A stretch of DNA of 64,000 nucleotides, taken from NCBI GenBank assembly GCA_000320545.1, contig ADNK01003482.1, positions 66,833 through 130,832 of the forward strand, written 5' to 3'. This DNA comes from Bigelowiella natans CCMP2755. Its lineage: Eukaryota > Protista > Cercozoa. The notes below the pieces were generated by a model. That model worked only from the letters and a program-made list of their open reading frames with translations, made no database searches and was not told the DNA's origin. A program made the position numbers and the translations under genes. This document shows, one piece after another, positions 39,306-50,998 of this stretch. Position 1 is the first letter of the stretch. The number at the start of each line of letters is the position of its first letter.

Positions 39306-41290
39306 ACGCCGGTCACAGGCTTTTGAATGAACATTTCACTGCATTGTCAGTGTTTTTCTCGCGCTTTTTTTCGAAGGATCGGTTGCTAACACAGGTGGTT
39401 TGGAACTAAAATTCAAGACGGAGAATTGATTCTGAAGACAATTTGCCCTGACCTCCTCTTTCGCACCTTCTTGTTCCGATCCTGATGACAATGTCATCAC
39501 TTTGTCTGCTTTTTCGGCCATGTCCTCACACAAAAAACTCCGATTGGTGCGACAACTCAGGAGTGTCACTGGAACTCCAGTTCCGTGCTGAAGAACTCAG
39601 GGCCAAAGTTTGCAATCTGCCCCCACTTCCTCGGTCTCTCCTCTTTGCAATGCTGATGTTGTTCAAAGTGTCAACCACCTCATCCATCATTGTGCTCACT
39701 TGAATGCTGTGAGAAACAAACTTTTCTCGAGTGTGAGAGCAGCTTTGGGCCCAACTAGCCAACTTCTCCTGCCTGTTCTTCGTTTTTTGATGCTCCTGAC
39801 TCCATCAAAACTGAAGTTTTGCTGGGTGCTCCTTCGGACAATCTGAACACAGATCATCGTGTGGACACAGCGTTCAGGAAGTTCCTGCTCAGAGTGGATG
39901 CCTTGCGCCGTCGCCACGTTGCTGCTAGCTGCATTGTCTGTCTCACAGTGGCTAGACGTTGCTCCAACTTGAAAAATCCTGCTAGTTCACTGGTCAAAGC
40001 CCTCACTGAAGCCAGTTCGAGGCACTGCGTTTCGCACACTGCAAGTGTCTTGCAACACTTTGGAAGTGTGGTTCATCATCATTGTTCATTGTTCCGCCTG
40101 ACGCCCCAAAGGGCTGGATCTGGTGTGCCTTCGACTGACAAAGGCAATCGACAGGGCTTTCCTGTGACATTCCGTCGAACCATTGTTCTGCTTGATGATT
40201 TGGCTGCTGTTCGCCAAGCTGGTTTTTCCTCATCGCAATGCTCCCAGCTTCCACTCCTCTGGTTCTGCTGGCCTGGTGCTCCTGTGTCAGGTCTCGAATG
40301 CAACTTTCAGTTGGAATCTGGTTTCGATTTGAAAGTGTCAGTCAGAACCTGGGCTCATTCTGACTGCACCATTGATTGACAGACAGTTCACCCAGCCTCA
40401 ACCCCACCATCTTTGGCTTCCTTGCATGCAGGTTGTCAGTCAGTTGTGTCACTGCTCACTGCACCGCCACCAACAGGGTGCTGACAAGTCCTCGCAATGA
40501 TTTTTGTTGAGACGCTGCCGAACTTCTGCACTTCTGTGCATGCATGCGCCAAGTGCAGACGGCCTTTGCGTGAGCGACTGCTCACACAATCGGCCACTGC
40601 ACGTCAAGCTTCAGAGCATCGATCACACTCACTAGCAGAGACAAGGATTGCGAAGTGAACGAAGGCGGATGACCCCGGATGAACACCAGACACCCCTCTG
40701 GCCCTCAATGAAACAAGCGCTCGTCTCAAGGTCCCGCGGGTTCACCACTTCCTTGAGTCTTCCTGGCAACGGTGTGTGTGCACAACAACCACCACGCGTG
40801 CACGCGACAAGTCTGAACATGGCAAGTCAGAGAGATTGCAGAACACTCGTTCAGTGAAGAGCAAAGTTGTGCAGCAAGCAGCAAGCAAGTGAAAAAAAAG
40901 GTGTCAAGGCTGCTCACCCGGCCATGCATGCCGTGCATTCATCACAATTGAGGGTTTGCATCAATTGATCCACACGTCAACCACGTCCACATTGTCACGT
41001 GGGCATGGCAAGAAAGATCACAACGCTGGAGCGTGCAGTCGCGCACAATGCACAACATGGCGTTGATCACACGATCAAAGTGTTTCAAACGTGTGCCCAG
41101 TCACGCGACAACGCAGTTGGTGGCATGTGTCATGATGATGACAGACATGCAATGTGTTGTGCATGTGATGTGTTGCAACGCTGTGTTGCGCACGAGGCAT
41201 GCACGCCATGTGTGCGCACCAAATGCAAATGCTGAGAATGGAGATGCTAGCACGCACTTGACTAGTTGGACTCAGTGAGATTCAGATCAT
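39306..41290. mobile_element. Heavily mutated ~2 kb presumed transposon relic of unrecognised family, almost devoid of TpA
   Basis: Manual count gives 9 TpA (7 CTAG, 2 CTAA). All listed ORFs in the interval lack Tyr. Transposon identity is inferred from sharing this signature with the LINE relics. Confidence 0.55.
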
Positions 41291-41539
41291 ATCGGCAGAA
41301 TGTCACTGACACGTGCCAGCAGTTGACAAATTGGTTCAATGTGCCACAGAAGCTCAATAAACGCCGGCAGCGCATTGGATCCCATTTTGCCTGCAGGACT
41401 ATAGTTAGCTGGGATGCATGTGACGTGCACAAAATTCACTTGTGTATCGCATGTGAGCATCATTTCAATTATGCTTCATGTTTACAACGATTGTGCTATT
41501 CTCCAAAGCATTAAATTTAACAACTCTTCATGCATTGCT

Positions 41540-42571
41540 TTAGAACGTGATGACGTACTTTCCCATGGCCTTGCCAGCTGTTTGTGCAGTGAAGGCTTCA
41601 GTTACGCCATCCTTCGTGAAGGGAAAGGTCTTTTCGATATTTATCTTCAATGTTTCATTTGCTAGCATGCCCATCAGTTTGTCTTGAACCTCGACACTGG
41701 TTTTCAAACAGAAAAACGAGGCATATTTAAACTCCTTGTGGGCTGTTGGGCTATGTCCTGCATCAGGGTTTGAAATACTGACGAAGGACCCTCCCTCCTT
41801 TACAATTTTCTTTGCTTTTTCAAAGCCACCATTCTCGCCGATAGAATCAAACACTGCATCGATTCCCTTTAGATCCTCACATTCCTCCCACTTTGTTTCT
41901 CTGTAGTTGATAATTTTGTCGGCACCCGTAGTCTTAACGTATTCCATAGTACGGGCTGATGCCGTGGTAGCAACGTATGCACCCATTGATTTAGCGAGCT
42001 GGCATCCAAGGTATCCGACAGCACCTGATCCACCTAAGATTAATACCTTCGATTCTTTTCCCACTCCGACTGCCTTGAGCGATTGATATGCTGTTGTTCC
42101 TACGAGAGCAACCGCAGCAGCCTGCTCAAATGATACCTTCGAGTTCTTCTTTGATACCTTGTTCGCTGGGAGCACACAGTATTCAGCGAAAGTCCCAGCG
42201 ATCGGCCCCTTCTTTTGATCGCCAGCATTATCGTTGTGACAGCCCATCTGCTGGCCGACGTCTAGAGACCAATTTACAGAGAACACCTCATCACCAACCT
42301 TGAAACCCTCAACCCCTTCACCGATAGCTTCTACCACACCGGAAACATCATAGCCTGGTACGTAAGGACTAGGTTGACCCCAGCCAGCTCCTTTCAAAAG
42401 GCCGGCCATAACCATTGGATCAATGGGGTTCAGAGCAGCAGCTTTCGCCTTTATAAGAAGCTGACCAGTTTCCAACTTCGGCTTCTCAACTTCAACGGGA
42501 GCGAGGGATTGGGACTTCCAATCCTTGTACTCTTTTACAACAATAGCTTTCATAGTCTTAATCTCACTCAT
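41540..42571 (-). CDS. NAD(P)H:quinone oxidoreductase / zinc-independent MDR family, intronless
   Basis: 343 aa: AAALNPID, PGYDVSGVVEAIG, GTFAEY, VLILGGSGAVG Rossmann motif, GADKIINY, GKYVI. Confidence 0.93.
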   Translation of the reverse strand: MSEIKTMKAIVVKEYKDWKSQSLAPVEVEKPKLETGQLLIKAKAAALNPIDPMVMAGLLKGAGWGQPSPYVPGYDVSGVVEAIGEGVEGFKVGDEVFSVNWSLDVGQQMGCHNDNAGDQKKGPIAGTFAEYCVLPANKVSKKNSKVSFEQAAAVALVGTTAYQSLKAVGVGKESKVLILGGSGAVGYLGCQLAKSMGAYVATTASARTMEYVKTTGADKIINYRETKWEECEDLKGIDAVFDSIGENGGFEKAKKIVKEGGSFVSISNPDAGHSPTAHKEFKYASFFCLKTSVEVQDKLMGMLANETLKINIEKTFPFTKDGVTEAFTAQTAGKAMGKYVITF

Positions 42572-42985
42572 AGTTTCTGTTGAAAAAGTGAACCTCGTCC
42601 CTCTCTGTAATCAAAGTATTCGATTCGATTCTGCAAGAGCACGCGAGAGCACAGCTTGTGTTCGAGACCTAGAAAGCACGTCGCACGTACATAGCCACCG
42701 CCAAAACCACGTCATTTTACCCAAAAAAATCATGTTAAGGAAGGAAAAATGCGATTTTCCCTGAAAGTAACCGGATTTTCTTTGGGTTCCGTTGCCCTGG
42801 TCGAGGTGTTGATTCACCAACACAAACAACAACATTCTTGCATGCAGTTACTTCTCGAACAGAACCTATCGGTAACAGATTATTTTCTACAATCACCAAC
42901 AAAGCCGCTCTCGGAAACGCCCTGGGTCTGATCTTTAGGGGGGGGGAAGGGCGAGAAGGAGGGAGTTATTCTAAAGGATACGATT

Positions 42986-44114
42986 ATGAGTGATGTTAAG
43001 GGAAATGCTAGAAGTGAGAGGGGGATAGTGAAAAAGTATAAGTGGGGAGATGAATCGGTAAGTCTTGAGTTGTGGTGTTGCAGGGAAGGGCCAGAGCTAA
43101 TCGAGTTCTGGGAGGCTCTCATGGGTGACGACCCTGTGAAACATGAAGATGACGAGAAATCAGAGGGAAAGACAACAGTAAAGGAGATTGATCTACCCGG
43201 AATGGAAATGATGATTAAGTCGAGTGATGGAAAGGACGGCACCGATTTTCAGATCGATGTACACATTTACTTCCTTGGTAGAAGAAGATCTCCCGTGACA
43301 GCTATGTTTGTTTCCTAAGCCCACTTTCACTTTGGATGAGATGATGTCACGGGCCATGGAATTGGAGAAGGTAAAGTAACTTACTCCCCCGATACATCAC
43401 TGTGTGGAAAACGCTTACGATTCACTTACATTGACAGGAAAAACAATATCGGTTCGCCTGCGATTACTATCTGTACTGCTTGGAACAGTCAACATCTCAG
43501 AATGCCTTCGTCATTTGTGCAAAATGCTTGAATCGGCTGGCGGCCATATGTTCCAACAATGGAAAATACCAAGCAGCGGTGAGCAGTTTTAAAACTGTAT
43601 TCAAAATTGATGCTCAAATTCGAAATAAATTTGCATGTATTCAGGTAAAGTATCGCCACGCTGAAAAACTACTGTACGAATCCAGCTTACTCCGAGAACT
43701 CCATCTTGGTGATATTGTACAAAAACACTTCATGTAAAATTGCGTCCTCAAGCTAATAAGTGCGACTAAGACCACAAACTACTTTTCACAGAGAGCATAA
43801 CTGTCGACGCAAAAGATTCTAAAGATACCTCATCCGGCGATGAAAAGACAGCAATGGCAGACTTAGATGGAAAAGAGATGCCAGTAGACGAAAGCGAAGC
43901 TCCCAGGAAAGGAGCAGCAGCTACTTCTGCAACAAAATCGTCGGCATCCACAGCTTCTCCACCAGTCACTGCGAAAGATGTTGTGCCCCTCAAGTCAGAT
44001 CCACAGATCAAAGAGGCACAAGTAATACGTCGTTCCGTTTTTAAAAGGAACATAAGTACAGTACTACGTTGCAGATAAAAAGGAGTGCGTGTGAACGTGC
44101 ATGCGTTGTGTGTA

Positions 44115-44155
<41 letters not shown>

Positions 44156-44949
44156 TCTTTATTGATTGTATTGGACACGGTGATTTACTTTGGGGAATGT
44201 AGGCACGAGCTTTCGAAAAAATTGCGGAGCTCTTCTTCACCCAAAACAACAAGGACATGGCACAGGCGTATGCAATGAAGGTAACAACATATTCCTTTAA
44301 TCTTATTTCCATAACCACGTCAATTTCTTTCATAGGCCATCAGAATCCGCCACAAGGAAACAGAGTTGAATACTCAGTATGCAAAAGTAGTTCATTGAAA
44401 ATTTCTAGAGCCAGGATAATCAGAACCTTTCCTTTTGAACACGAAGAAAAACAATTGCTGTCGCACAGGTTTCCTCTGACCTTACGGAATCCTTCACAGC
44501 CGCAAAGAAGATGTACTTTCAGTCTTAATCAATTATCATCACTCTAATCGACACCGTTTTAGATATTTATAATTATACCTATCATTATTTTTGTTTCGAA
44601 TGTTTCTGTGGCAAGGTATTCTAATGCTCTATCAGCGTACGAGCGAACGGCAAGGAGGAGACGATTTCTTCACGATATTGATGAGACGGAACTTTCTCCA
44701 GTTGAGGATAAGAAGCAAAAAACTCTTGATAGCTACTCCGATGAAGGAAAATTCACCAACGAAAATAAATCTGAATCAGTAGACAAAGAAGAGGGTTCGG
44801 TCTCACCCTTTATAGAACGGTGGTTGTACGTCATTACATTCATAGTGCTGATTGTAGCAATAATAATAGCTTGGGGTATGCGTACTTTCAGCAGCTGGAC
44901 TGTTTTCTCTCATAAGGTTGCACGTTGGTACGCAAAGTATACGAGGTAA
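42986..44949 (+). CDS. Multi-exon TPR-like protein with a single C-terminal TM helix (consortin-like N-terminal motif)
   Basis: KQYRFACDYYLYCLEQ...CLNRLAAICSNNGKYQAA|VKYRHAEKLLYESSLLREL; ARAFEKIAELFFTQNNKDMAQAYAMK|AIRIR; TM helix WLYVITFIVLIVAIIIAWG. Confidence 0.6.
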
Positions 44950-44957
44950 AATCGGAC

Positions 44958-45070
44958 AAACACAATAGCGGAAACAAACAGATGTAACATAAGCGGTGTA
45001 GCCGTAGCATTACACAGCTACATTAGGATGACAATTTAAAAAAATTAATCACTTCACTACATCCGTCTCA
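44958..45070 (+). mobile_element. LINE 3' terminus, copy D
   Basis: gaaacaaacagatgtaacataagcggtgtagccgtagcattacacagctacattaggatgac...ctacatccgtctcata. Confidence 0.85.
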
Positions 45071-45271
45071 TATGTGCGAGAGCATGTGCACATGTACACA
45101 ATGCAACATGCCGTGGTAATGTCAGTTGAAGTCAAAGACTTACGATGTACGCATGTCTGATGTTCAAATGCTCACAGTCTAGATGGCACTATGTTCGCAT
45201 CCATGTCGACTGCTGGCCACATGGACATGCATGCATTTCACAGCCCTAGCGTAGCTAGCTAGGGGAAGACG

Positions 45272-45575
45272 TGAGATGGATGTGATGAAGTGATTGAATC
45301 TTTTTCAATGGTGTCCACAATGGTCCTCCTGACGTAGTTGTGCAAAGCAGCGGTCATAGCGCCTCACGTACGTTGTGCTCGTCTCTATCTTGCCATCACG
45401 TCGTGCTTCATCCATTTGTTTGATCGAAAATAAGTGTCCATCTTTCTGTCGTCGATGTCGCGCAGAAGCGCAGCTGTCCGTGCTCCTTTTTCAGCTGTTG
45501 CCAGTCGCTCAGTGTCGTCATTTCGATTCATGATGGCAGTCAATTAGTTCCGTAGTCTGAGCGCTATAGCGTATC
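45272..45575 (-). mobile_element. LINE 3' fragment, copy E, degenerate
   Basis: Minus strand: gccatcatgaatcgaaatgacgacactgagcgactggcaacagctgaaaaagg (AIMNRNDDTERLATAEK)...cattgaaaaagattcaatcacttcatcacatccatctca. Confidence 0.8.
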
Positions 45576-46039
45576 TGATGCAGAGCCTGCTGTGGCATTT
45601 GTCGTCAGTGTGTTGTGACAACAATGTAATCTTAAAATTTAGGTGAGAATGAAACACCACACCCACATGTGGATGCTTTATCTTTATCGGGAATGAATTT
45701 AAATTTACTTTCATATAGTTCATTTTTGCAATTGTGGCATTGCTTCTATATGACATGCTCACATGATTTGCACGTGACATCTTTCTTTTCTGCGCACGCA
45801 GCACACATCAGGGCTAGCACAGTGCCATAGTGTGTGCATTTGTGCTGCTTTTACAAGCAATGCATGCGCGCTGCGGATTGGCCATGTCTATATGTCATGC
45901 TCGCTACCCACACCATTAATGTCATATTGTCACTACGGATGCAAATTATCAACCAAATAACAACTTTGTTATCAGAAGGCGAGAAAAGAAGGCATACATG
46001 CTAGATTGTACGTCATCAAAAAGCTTTGCTTCCACAGTG

Positions 46040-46711
46040 TTATCGAAGCTTCAAGACGATTATCACCTTTGTGTCTCCAACAATACCGCAGCTTCTGAGT
46101 GTCCGCCAAAAATATTTGTTCATCTCTGAAAATGCGCCAGCTTTCTTAAAAGTCTGTTGTGTGAGTGGGACTCCCTCCTTATCCTGATACATGCTCATCA
46201 CTTGCCTCCATGTTTCATCTCCAGTAAGCTCGAAGGAATTGGATTTTCCAGTGAGCGAAAGAATGCTTAATGTGAACTTATCCTTTGGAGCTTCTAAAGA
46301 TTCAGGTATCTCATCGTACATTTTAGCTTCTCTGACCTTGTACTCATCCTCCGCCACCTCCTCAATCTTTACTTTCACCGTCCCATCAAATCCAGCAGAC
46401 GCGACATTGACTCGTCTATATTCCATGGAAAAAAGGTCTACCTGCTGCCCATTTAAAGTATGTTCCCATTTCCAGCGATATGGATTTGGAAGTTCCTCAT
46501 TGTAGGCGTCATATGCTTTGATCATAACTTCGAGAAATTTCGTGGTAGATGTAGCTTTCACGGTTACTTCCTTACCACCCGGAAGCGATAGTTCGAGTGT
46601 AGCGCCATCCCATTTATCTTTTTGGCACAATACCAATGTCTTTTTTTTATCTTTCTGATCTTCCTCTGTATTCTTCGTGAGTTTCGAAGGTTTGCTCGCT
46701 CCACACCCCAT
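46040..46711 (-). CDS. Putatively N-myristoylated/palmitoylated protein with C-terminal ubiquitin-like domain(s), intronless
   Basis: Starts MGCGAS. C-terminal FTLSILSLTGKSNSFEL...YQDKEGVPLTQQ...RTLRSCGIVGDTKVIIVLKLR* is ubiquitin-like. Confidence 0.8.
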   Translation of the reverse strand: MGCGASKPSKLTKNTEEDQKDKKKTLVLCQKDKWDGATLELSLPGGKEVTVKATSTTKFLEVMIKAYDAYNEELPNPYRWKWEHTLNGQQVDLFSMEYRRVNVASAGFDGTVKVKIEEVAEDEYKVREAKMYDEIPESLEAPKDKFTLSILSLTGKSNSFELTGDETWRQVMSMYQDKEGVPLTQQTFKKAGAFSEMNKYFWRTLRSCGIVGDTKVIIVLKLR

Positions 46712-47206
46712 AGGTACGAACGTTCGTTACAATAATTCAAATGAGCCAGACTACAAAATGCTCCAGCATGCGACAACGATCGAAAATATTTTCCGCTGAA
46801 TTTCATTATCACCGTGGTGAAATGCGGCTTTCCCAACTTCATCTCGATACGGAGGATTGAAGAATTCGCCGACGGGGCGCTTCTCCGATCTTTTAAAGTC
46901 AAGAATGCGTTTACTTTCGCGTGGTTTTCAATCTAAATGACACTTTGATCAACATAAAAGATAAATTTGGCCTGCTTTAGAAGTTTTTTGCCAGGAGAAA
47001 TCCTCTCTGTCACATCGGAAAATAGTAAGGTAATGGCGCCCGGCCTGCGATCTTTGTGAGAGTGTAACAAGGGACAGGCTCTAACAATTTCTTATGTTGG
47101 GGGTCGGGGAGTGATTAGAGCTCCATTTACCTATTTTTGTATGTGGATCAGCGAATTAGTCAGTACCCTTTTACGTATCCTAAATAAATGCTCCTAATTT
47201 TATCAG

Positions 47207-47462
47207 ATGGCAAAATCAAAGAACCATACCGCTCATAACCAGTCATACAAGGCTCACCGTCATGGAATCAAAAAGCCAAAGTCCAACAAGCACAGATCTT
47301 TGAAAGGGGTGAGCTACTCATTTCATTCATCGGAACGATTTTTATCTTACATTTTTTTAATTCATATGCCAGATGGACCCTAAGTTTCTTAGAAACCTCC
47401 GTAGGGCTAAGAAAAAGATGCGTCAACTCGCTATGCAAAAGAAGGCAGAATCCAAGGAATAG
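47207..47462 (+). CDS. RPL29: 60S ribosomal protein eL29 (exons 47207-47308 and 47373-47462)
   Basis: [34 protein letters not shown]|[29 protein letters not shown]. Not in the ORF track. A probable 5'UTR intron ends at 47206. Confidence 0.97.
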
Positions 47463-48296
47463 ATTATTGGAGTGAATGTGATGACGATGGAGATGATTGT
47501 AGTTCTGCAGTCTTTAGATTCATGCACGTCTGCTAAATGTGCGATGATTACGATCATCTTCATCACTGCTTTATTTATATCTTGAAAAAATACATTCATA
47601 ATCGATGCGGACAAATTTTGCGATTGATGATATCTATGATAACAAAATTGCCTGAGTAGTAAACGTATTCTATGTGACATAGGGGAGATGTAACATTGGT
47701 GTATTTTCATATTTTGAAAATGTAGAACTATATTCCACCCACAACTCAACATATTTAAGAAGGAAAGAAATGACGTTTTACAGTTGCAAAATAGCTTTGG
47801 AGAAGGGGGATAATTTCACACTGCTAGATCTAGAGATGAGGAGTGGCCTTCATGCTCCCTTTTCACATCATATTTCTCTCTTTCTCTCCTATTCTCTTTC
47901 CTCCCTGTGGACATCCATTAGTTGTGCAACTCTAGAATGCACAATCTCTTTAGAGTGCACATGTCTGCTACGGTGGGTGTCGATTTTGGAATCATCTAGT
48001 AATCACACGCGCATGAATGTGCACATCGTGAAACTTGGTTTGTGGTGGCAAAGCATATATGCCGTCGATCCATCGTACGGATCACGTACCGTTTGCAAGA
48101 TTGTGCTAACACGGTGGCTAGAGTGAAAGCTTTCACGTGCACATACATCAAACATTGTTCCTTTGCAGCATTCACATCTGCCTATCTGTCTGTCGTGCGT
48201 GCGTGCATGCGTGTGCATGCGTGCCACGGTGCGTGTGCACACGTACGTACGTGTGTGTACGTGTATACCGTGTGTGCGCGCGTACATGCAAAAAGT

Positions 48297-48803
48297 CAAC
48301 TCGGTCAAACCCGGTTATACACTATAGACATTGTTTACAATCGATCATTGGCTTCGCATTTTTCGCAAAAACGCTACAGCGTTTTTGTACAGCGTTTTTG
48401 TCCTTCGAAAATGACACGTTTTTCTAGTTTTGGTCGTTGCCGTTTCTCGGTCGAGCAAATTGCATTTTGACGCTCGGCCAAGCTGCGCGCGCACGTAGAT
48501 GTGTCCTGTCATGTGCACTGCTGTGATTGCATTGATCAACAAATCTAGAAATGTGAAGCGCTGAAGTTTGGCAAGAGTTGCAAGCAATGTGCGCAGCGCT
48601 GCATTTATCTGCAGCAGTGTTTTGAATGCGGATGCAAGCGCGTGCGCACGCGCACAGCCAACTACACACATGTGCACACGAAAAATCCCAGCTGCGTGCG
48701 AACATGTCTCACTTTCTCACTGCGCGCTGAAGCTTCAAATCGGCTTCAAAAGCTCGCTCTTGCTCATCAAACACAAAGTTTGTTACAGGTTTGACCTGAG
48801 TTG
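48297..48803. mobile_element. Non-autonomous TIR element (MITE-like), related to 58419-58826, within island ~47930-49320
   Basis: Left end caactcggtcaaacccggtta. Right end reverse complement caactcaggtcaaacctgtaac. Exact termini and TSD unclear. Confidence 0.6.
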
Positions 48804-49321
48804 CACGCGCTACGTACGACCACACAGACACAGCATGTCTAGATGTGTCACATGTCATATGTGTTATTACATGCATCACATATTAGACACAGTGTGTGTC
48901 ATGTACATCATGTGCTAGTATGTACGTATGTCTATTGTACGACACATGCATTGGCTGCATGCAGTAGCCGCGTGCACATGCCTAGCTAGCTGCTCTAGCT
49001 AGCTAGATCGATGTAGTGCCATGTGTGTTGCTAGCTAACTCGATCCATCTCCATCTGGTCACTATAAGCATTTGTAATATGCTGGATTGCGATGAAACAC
49101 GTGCCATGCAATGCTAGAATGATGCGATCGATTGACATGTGCATCATGACACGCAACTAGCCATGTTAGCATGTAGCTCGCGAGATCTATATAGCTCTAG
49201 TGCTACAGAGATGAGCATGTACATGAACTGCATAAATAACGCATGTCATCGTGTAGCATTCACACTTAGCACTATACGTGTCGTACATCGATCGTACATC
49301 AGCGAAATGTCTAGTCATAGA

Positions 49322-50747
49322 TTAGCTATGTTGCTTTCGTGCCAGCTTTTTCTTGTTCGCCTCTGCTGCATATCTTTCGAATGTGAATAGCGGAAACATG
49401 AACCATGCAGTGACGAGAAACACCCCAAGCATGTATCCAATAGCACTTAGTACATCGATCTTCTGAAGCAACTCCGGAGCCACGCTTTGGTTGTGATCAT
49501 AGGAATATAAGTACGCAATAAGAGAGCAGAGACGCATAGCAAAATGCTCTCAACAAGCAAAAGAGAATGCCATATGGAGAGAAATTGTTTATGTTTTCTT
49601 TATTCAGAATACTCTTCTCATTCATGTACCTGCCATGGAGCATGTAGTTGATACCATTCTGGACGCAACTGTGAATAATACAAAACTGTATGACTTGAAA
49701 GATTTCTTCAATATGATGTTGGTAGCGAAGAGAGATTTATTTTGAAGAGCCTTCTGACTAACAAACTGACCTGATGAATACCAGCATGAAGCACCAGGAG
49801 AACCTGTGTATTGTGCAGAAACGATAATCACAACGGTGGAAAAGGTTAAGACGAAAAGTAAGCCATTGGAGGTCGTCATTATCATCATCATCATCATCAT
49901 CACTATCCAGAATATGTTCATGTGGAGAATCTGATATTCGTTGATATGGGAAACGTTGGTAGTACTCAAGATATTGGATGAGAAAACAAATCTATGAACT
50001 TCATCTTATAGACCGTCCAAAAAGTTGCTACTACAACGACAACAACAACAACAACTACTACTACTATAGTGATGATGCTTATTGTTGCTGCTTTCAACCA
50101 GATATCTATCCTTGTGACGTACGGCACTTTTGGCAGCATGTCGACTGCAATGAAGTACAACGCTATCTCCGACAGCACGATCGTGCCAGATATCTGAGGA
50201 TGATAACGATAAAGATGAGCATCAGGAGGTGGAACTTCCATAAACCTCGCAGCATGGAAATCGGTCAAAACAGGAGTCACAGCAGACAGCAGAGACAAAG
50301 ACAAATGCATGGTTTTTGCAGTGGTTGTTACCGAGAACCGGTCCGCAATAGCATCACACTCGCACATGAACGATGTAAGCTCCATAATCGACAGAAGAAT
50401 TTGAGGCATCACCAAACGCATGATGTAATACCTGATCGAAGTTAATCGTAATAATAATCAACCAATGTTACTTACTACGACTCTCCTGTTTCCACTGTTA
50501 ATTCGTCGTCATCCATCAATAAATACTACCATGGATTTCTAGCCAAAGTCAAACGCACAATGATTTCGGGGTATCTAAGGAACAGTGTTAGGAGGAATGG
50601 ATGAGGAGAGGGAGGAGGAGGAGGAGGAGGAGGAACAAAGAAGAGCTCTCTCTACATATTTTGTATCATCATGGGTTTAAACAATCACATCATCATTTGA
50701 AACTATGTTATCAGTTAGCAGACATTGCATCATGTGTGGACTAAATA

Positions 50748-50778
<31 letters not shown>

Positions 50779-50945
50779 CACATATTTAAAGCTTTTTATG
50801 CGTGTTGAACGACATATGGTCAATAATAAAGGCATCATATCTCTTACGGGTCTTCACTGTCCTCGTAAGCGGTGTAGTACTCGTAAAGATGAGTTCTCAC
50901 TATCATCTCGTGAGATACTAGAACATATCTGAGAAAAAGAGAAAA

Positions 50946-50998
<53 letters not shown>

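Noticed and set aside
39295-39310. GATAA upstream of AMT as a nitrogen-regulatory site
   Set aside because: A single short motif is expected by chance, and there is no evidence for GATA-type nitrogen control in this organism.
39819-40379. ORF segment VCLTVARRCSNL...STDKGNRQG as a tyrosine-recombinase (DIRS-like) remnant
   Set aside because: Only a vague motif resemblance, with no complete RHRY tetrad seen. Long ORFs are expected here because TAA/TAG stops are depleted.
39306-41290. Explaining the islands by CpG-methylation decay or classical RIP
   Set aside because: CpG remains frequent and TpA is lost rather than gained.
47030-47206. snoRNA in the RPL29 5'UTR intron (short gctctaa...ttagagc stem)
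   Set aside because: No convincing C/D or H/ACA box arrangement.
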